This document shows positions 33,815-38,156 of a stretch of 38,156 nucleotides of DNA, in pieces (within the stretch, counting starts at the first letter, position 1; every line of letters begins with the position of its first letter). Location of the stretch: the IMG/VR virus record IMGVR_UViG_3300025723_000092, positions 1 to 38,156 of that record; one strand, 5' to 3'. A model generated the notes under the pieces. The model worked only from the letters and a program-made list of their open reading frames with translations. It was not told where the DNA came from and searched no databases. Origin of the DNA: a virus. Lineage: Duplodnaviria; Caudoviricetes. A program made the translations under genes and the position numbers.

Positions 33815-35902
33815 TTAATAAGTCATTTCCGTGGTTTCTACCTGACAAACCCAACGTATTGTAGTTGCTGCTTGTCCTGTAACTGTAATTGCTAAACCGC
33901 CATTTGTTGTGTCCGCAGTAATAGCCACTGTCCAAGTTGACGCTCCCGCATCTGCCGCTACAGATGTTGCAGTTATTCCCGCCCCTACGATAGCAGTAGT
34001 TCCGACTCCTGAACCACGTTTAATTGCTCCTTGAAATGTCCAAGATGCCGTATTTCCTGCGCCAGTAACACCTGCAATAATAGAACCTCTAACGTAATAT
34101 GCTGAATTGTTTGGTAGTATTACTTGGTTTGTAGATGATGCGGCAGATGTATTACTTGTAAGAACTGTGGCGGTTGCATCTGTGGTTTGACGACCTAATA
34201 TTAAAAATCCAAATTGTTGTGTTCCTGATGCAGCGGTACCCATTGGGTTATTACAAGCGGCAGCAACTTGATTTCCAATAATACTTCTTGCGCTTCCAAA
34301 AATTCCACCAAGAATTGCAGCATAATCAGCATTTGCTAAATTATAGTAACCACCGACTACAGAACTTCTTGAGCCGCTTGCTTGATTACCAACTCCTGCG
34401 CCTACAAATGCAGAAGTATTTGATGCTGAATTTCCATAAACTAATCCGTTGTTTTGACCTCCACCAACAACAACAGCGCCAACAGCAGTAGCTTGATTTC
34501 CCCATCCACCACCAACAAAACTCCAATCCCCAGAGGCTACGTTTCTATTTGCACTAGTTCCTGCATCCCCGCCTCCACCTATAAACGAATAGGATCCAGT
34601 AGCCTGGTTATTGCCCCCGCCTACGACAATGCCGTGTGGAGTGTAAAAGGAGAGAGTAGGAGAACCTGATGCATTGGCATTTTGAGACAGGGTTAAAGTT
34701 GTTCCAGATATTGCGGCAACGTAAGTCCATACACCTGTTCCAGAACCTACAATTCCAGTACCAGTAACTATTTGACCAACTTTAATTGATGCGTTTGATG
34801 CAGATAAGGTTACCGCAGTTGAACCTGATGTAACTGTTGTTGTTGCTTGGGTTGTTACTGCCGATGCAGATGTTCCAGAATTTGCATAACCACCAACAAT
34901 AATGTTGTGATAACCCTGAGCAGAATTTGATAAACCACCAGATATTACTGAATTTTGTCCACCCACATTATTTGCATAACCACCAGCAATTACTGAATAA
35001 TAATTTGATAATACATTATATCCACCGCCCCCAACCACGCCTTGATATGCACCTGTTGTATTGTTGTTTACTCCTCCACCAATAACACTATTTGCACCTG
35101 CACCGCCCGTTCCATTATTTGCTCCACCGCCAATAACAGAACCACTAGTTGAAGCAACTTGAGTTGCCGCAGTTCTAGTTGTCTGCCAATCTACTGCATT
35201 AGCTCCTCTTGCATTTCCACCAGTAATAGATGAGGTTGTTTGTTGTGCTTGTAATGCTCCTGTACCCGCTGGAGAAACATATAAAGAACCATCATTTTGT
35301 AAACCAATAGAAGATACACCGCTAAAGTTTAATGTAGGTGTTCCGTATATTGCAGTTGTTGTTGTAGGAATGTAGGTGTTTGCTACTGAACCAATTTCTA
35401 GTTGTGCCCCATAAATATTTAAAGTTTGAAATCCACTAGCGTTTCTATCTTGTAAAATATAAAGTGGCTCAGTAGACACCATAGTAAATGTTGTTGAATA
35501 TCTAGTCCATGTGGTTGTTGCGGTAATATTTCCATAATTTGTTGATGAAGAAGCGCCTAAAAGAACAAAAGTTCTTGTTCCACTTGTGGCTTGAAGCCAA
35601 TAGCTTATTGTATAAGTTACTCCAGAAACTAAAAATATTGTTGAAAGAAAAGATTGATATATTGAAACATAAGGAATTGCCCAAGCAGTTGAGCCACCAA
35701 ATGGATCTGTAATGGTGTTTGTTGGAGTTGCCAAACCAGTTGCAAGTTTCCAATAACTATTATTAAATGTATTTGAATATAAAAATAAATTCTCACCAGT
35801 ACCCGTAATATTTATGTTTTGAACCGACTCTGTTCCCGCAACAGTTAAAGTCCCTGTAGTAGGTGTTAGTGTGTCTGTGACTGCGTTTTCGTTGATTGCC
35901 AT
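33815..35902 (-). CDS. Tail fibre / receptor-binding protein B (CBM-like N-terminal domain plus GG beta-roll repeats)
   Basis: ENLFLYSNTF...W...QLEIGS..TYIPTT domain; ~15-aa SxxxGGxxNxA repeats; C-terminal DTTNGGL...TIRWV domain. Confidence 0.8.
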   Translation of the reverse strand: MAINENAVTDTLTPTTGTLTVAGTESVQNINITGTGENLFLYSNTFNNSYWKLATGLATPTNTITDPFGGSTAWAIPYVSIYQSFLSTIFLVSGVTYTISYWLQATSGTRTFVLLGASSSTNYGNITATTTWTRYSTTFTMVSTEPLYILQDRNASGFQTLNIYGAQLEIGSVANTYIPTTTTAIYGTPTLNFSGVSSIGLQNDGSLYVSPAGTGALQAQQTTSSITGGNARGANAVDWQTTRTAATQVASTSGSVIGGGANNGTGGAGANSVIGGGVNNNTTGAYQGVVGGGGYNVLSNYYSVIAGGYANNVGGQNSVISGGLSNSAQGYHNIIVGGYANSGTSASAVTTQATTTVTSGSTAVTLSASNASIKVGQIVTGTGIVGSGTGVWTYVAAISGTTLTLSQNANASGSPTLSFYTPHGIVVGGGNNQATGSYSFIGGGGDAGTSANRNVASGDWSFVGGGWGNQATAVGAVVVGGGQNNGLVYGNSASNTSAFVGAGVGNQASGSRSSVVGGYYNLANADYAAILGGIFGSARSIIGNQVAAACNNPMGTAASGTQQFGFLILGRQTTDATATVLTSNTSAASSTNQVILPNNSAYYVRGSIIAGVTGAGNTASWTFQGAIKRGSGVGTTAIVGAGITATSVAADAGASTWTVAITADTTNGGLAITVTGQAATTIRWVCQVETTEMTY

Positions 35903-35904
35903 GA

Positions 35905-38154
35905 TTAATAAGCCAATTCGTTAGTTTCAACACGGGCTGACCACCTGATCGTAGTAGATGCTACACCAGTAACTTGTATCTGCAATGCTCCGTTAGTCGT
36001 ATCTGCTACTGCCGCTACGTTTGATAATGTTCCCCATCCTGCTGATATAGCACCAGATGTAGCTCCTAGTAATGTTACTGTTGGTGTTCCAACTAATGCA
36101 GTTGTTCCTACTCCGTTACCCCTAGATATAACACCTTTGATTTCCCATCCCGCAATATCAGTTGTGTTTGCTGAGTTGTGCGCTGATATTAATACTCTAA
36201 ATGTGTATACAGATACTGTTCCAGATGGTCCGTTTGATAATACTACTTGGTTTGTTGAACTAGCAGAATTTAAATCAGATGTTAAAACAACTGCACCAGT
36301 AGTTGTGGTTGAGTTTGTTAAAACCAAAGTTCCCGCTTGAACTTGCCCTGCATTGTTAACCGCATTACCAACTCCTATTGCTAAATAACCAGTAATAAAC
36401 CTTGTATAAGCATTGGTTCCTACCATTGCAACTGAAAGACTTCCATTTGCAACATGATATCTACCACCAACTGTAACTGCTCCTATAGTAGCACTTGCAT
36501 TATTATTTGCACCTCCAAGAACTGTGTTCCATTGGTTTGATGTTGTATTTGTAAATCCACCAACAATAGTGTTTGCATAATAATAACTAGAAGAAGTACC
36601 ACTAGTAATTGAATTAGAGTATCCACCACTAATTACAGAACCTATATTACCAGAAGTAATTGTGTTTTTTTGACCTCCTGTAACAACAGACCAATCTGCC
36701 GCAGCAATATTTTGATTGGCACTAGTACCCGCATCACCACCACCACCAATAAAGCTATATGAGCCTGTTGCTTGGTTATTTCCACCACCTACTACTACTC
36801 CATGAGGTGTGTAGAAAGATAGGGTTGGTGAGCCAGATGCGTTAGCGTTTTGAGATAGGGTTAGTGATGTTCCTGAAATGGCTGAGACATAAGTGTAAGA
36901 AACAATGCCTGTACCAGTTATCAACTGACCAACTTTAATTGAAGCATTTGAACCGCTTAATGTAACCGCAGTAGAGCCAGATGTTACTGTTGTGGTAGCT
37001 TGAGTAGTTACAGTTGAAGCAGACGTCCCTGAATTTGATGCGCCTCCACCAATTAAATTATAAAACCCCCCTGCGGTATTGCTTTGACCACCAATCACAG
37101 TAGCAAGGTCTGAAGAAGCAGTATTAGAAGAACCTCCACCAATGTAACTAATATTACCTGTTGCGGAATTACTATATCCACCATTAACAACAGTCCAACT
37201 ATTTGCTGCTCTATTATTAGAACCACCTAATATTGCTGAATATGCACTTCCTGCAACTTGGTTAGCATTGCCCCTAGCAGTCTGCCAATCAACCGCATTA
37301 GCACCCCTAGCATTACCACCTGTAGCACTAGATGTAGTCTGTTGTGCTTGTAATGCTCCTGTTCCTTGTGGCTGTAGCACTAAAGGCACGTTTGCATCTG
37401 ATCCAACTGCGCTTATTACAGGAGCTACAGTTGTTGCACCGCCCTGAATTTGAATGTAATTGGCAGAACCATTGCCAAACTGAGACGTTCCGCTTGAGTA
37501 AAAACTAGGTGAAGAATAAACACCTGTACTAGGGTTGTATTGAAGTTTAGTAGAACTTGTGTACTCAGTCGATAAATTACCCGATGTTTGGTTAGCAAAC
37601 AAAGGATAACGTGTCGCATTAGTAGTCGTGTCGTCCGTTACAGTTGCATAAGCAGTTGGTGTTGCCCAAGTCAAAGCACCGCCACTTGTAACGCTTAAAA
37701 CCTGTCCTGAACTACCCACCGCAAGGAATGTCGTTGCATTAAGTGCAGACTGATAAGGTATTGAATAAGCAGCGCCACCCAATAAATTAGTCGCACTTGC
37801 CACGCTCAAAGTATTAGCATTTACCCATGTTGGGGCGCTAGTTGCATTAGACTGAAGCAATTGTCCAGTAGAGCCAACAGCAATAAATCCTGTTGCACCG
37901 ATAGCTGTTTGGTATGGAATTACTCCAGCAGAACCACCGACAATGTTACTCGCAGAACCAACCGACAAAGATGATTGGCTAACCCATTGCGGAGCAGATG
38001 CGCTACCTAGTGTTTGGAGAACTTGCCCGGAAGTCCCCGCAGAAAGGAACGAAGTCGTACCAGAACCCGTTTGATACGGAAAGGCATAAGCACTCCCTCC
38101 TGTGATATTACTTGATGTTGTTGCAGTCGCAGCGTTTCCACCAATACTCAAGGC
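35905..38154 (-). CDS. Tail fibre / receptor-binding protein A, 5'-truncated by window edge
   Basis: Frame is open to the window end; three ~53-aa GGxAxxxPYQ...GQVL...W repeats, then GG repeats and a C-terminal domain paralogous to fibre B. Confidence 0.8.
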   Translation of the reverse strand, partial: ALSIGGNAATATTSSNITGGSAYAFPYQTGSGTTSFLSAGTSGQVLQTLGSASAPQWVSQSSLSVGSASNIVGGSAGVIPYQTAIGATGFIAVGSTGQLLQSNATSAPTWVNANTLSVASATNLLGGAAYSIPYQSALNATTFLAVGSSGQVLSVTSGGALTWATPTAYATVTDDTTTNATRYPLFANQTSGNLSTEYTSSTKLQYNPSTGVYSSPSFYSSGTSQFGNGSANYIQIQGGATTVAPVISAVGSDANVPLVLQPQGTGALQAQQTTSSATGGNARGANAVDWQTARGNANQVAGSAYSAILGGSNNRAANSWTVVNGGYSNSATGNISYIGGGSSNTASSDLATVIGGQSNTAGGFYNLIGGGASNSGTSASTVTTQATTTVTSGSTAVTLSGSNASIKVGQLITGTGIVSYTYVSAISGTSLTLSQNANASGSPTLSFYTPHGVVVGGGNNQATGSYSFIGGGGDAGTSANQNIAAADWSVVTGGQKNTITSGNIGSVISGGYSNSITSGTSSSYYYANTIVGGFTNTTSNQWNTVLGGANNNASATIGAVTVGGRYHVANGSLSVAMVGTNAYTRFITGYLAIGVGNAVNNAGQVQAGTLVLTNSTTTTGAVVLTSDLNSASSTNQVVLSNGPSGTVSVYTFRVLISAHNSANTTDIAGWEIKGVISRGNGVGTTALVGTPTVTLLGATSGAISAGWGTLSNVAAVADTTNGALQIQVTGVASTTIRWSARVETNELAY

Positions 38155-38156
38155 AG

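Noticed and set aside
33815-38156. Diversity-generating retroelement or invertase shufflon acting on the twin fibres
   Set aside because: No reverse transcriptase or recombinase in the window. Paralogue differences are synonymous third-position changes, not adenine-specific, and both genes have the same orientation.
1-38156. Stop-codon reassignment, introns or inteins
   Set aside because: Genes tile densely under the standard code, and polymerase, helicase and primase motifs are contiguous with no visible intein signature.

Overview
This window is an internal ~38 kb fragment of a tailed dsDNA bacteriophage, most likely podovirus-like, built as two convergent arms. The + strand arm (1-11893) starts with a run of tiny genes joined by a repeated RBS/stop/start sequence. 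A replication module follows: DUF3310, VRR-NUC nuclease, family A DNA polymerase (Leu762 type), small HExxH peptidase, Cas4-like PD-(D/E)XK nuclease, HNH, SNF2 helicase, Gp157/Gam-like protein, SSB-like protein, Cro-like HTH and a primase-DUF927 helicase fusion. The - strand arm (38156 to 11868) carries virion genes: two paralogous glycine-repeat tail fibres, an acidic repeat protein, two HxH needle-type fibres flanking a 2OG-Fe(II) oxygenase, and a lysis cassette (holins plus M15 endolysin). It continues with a P22 gp10-like tail protein, a cupin and putative ejection proteins, including a lytic transglycosylase and a 2646-aa polyvalent protein. No terminase, portal, capsid, integrase, tRNA or CRISPR was recognised. 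The most notable observations are an A9 slippage site that would fuse two lysis-region ORFs, the cassette-like small-gene array, a shared xAxGG motif in three adjacent internal virion proteins, beta-clamp-binding-like motifs, synonymously saturated but protein-identical blocks in the twin fibres, and mirrored repeat expansion in a needle fibre. All family calls come from motif recognition by eye, not database searches.
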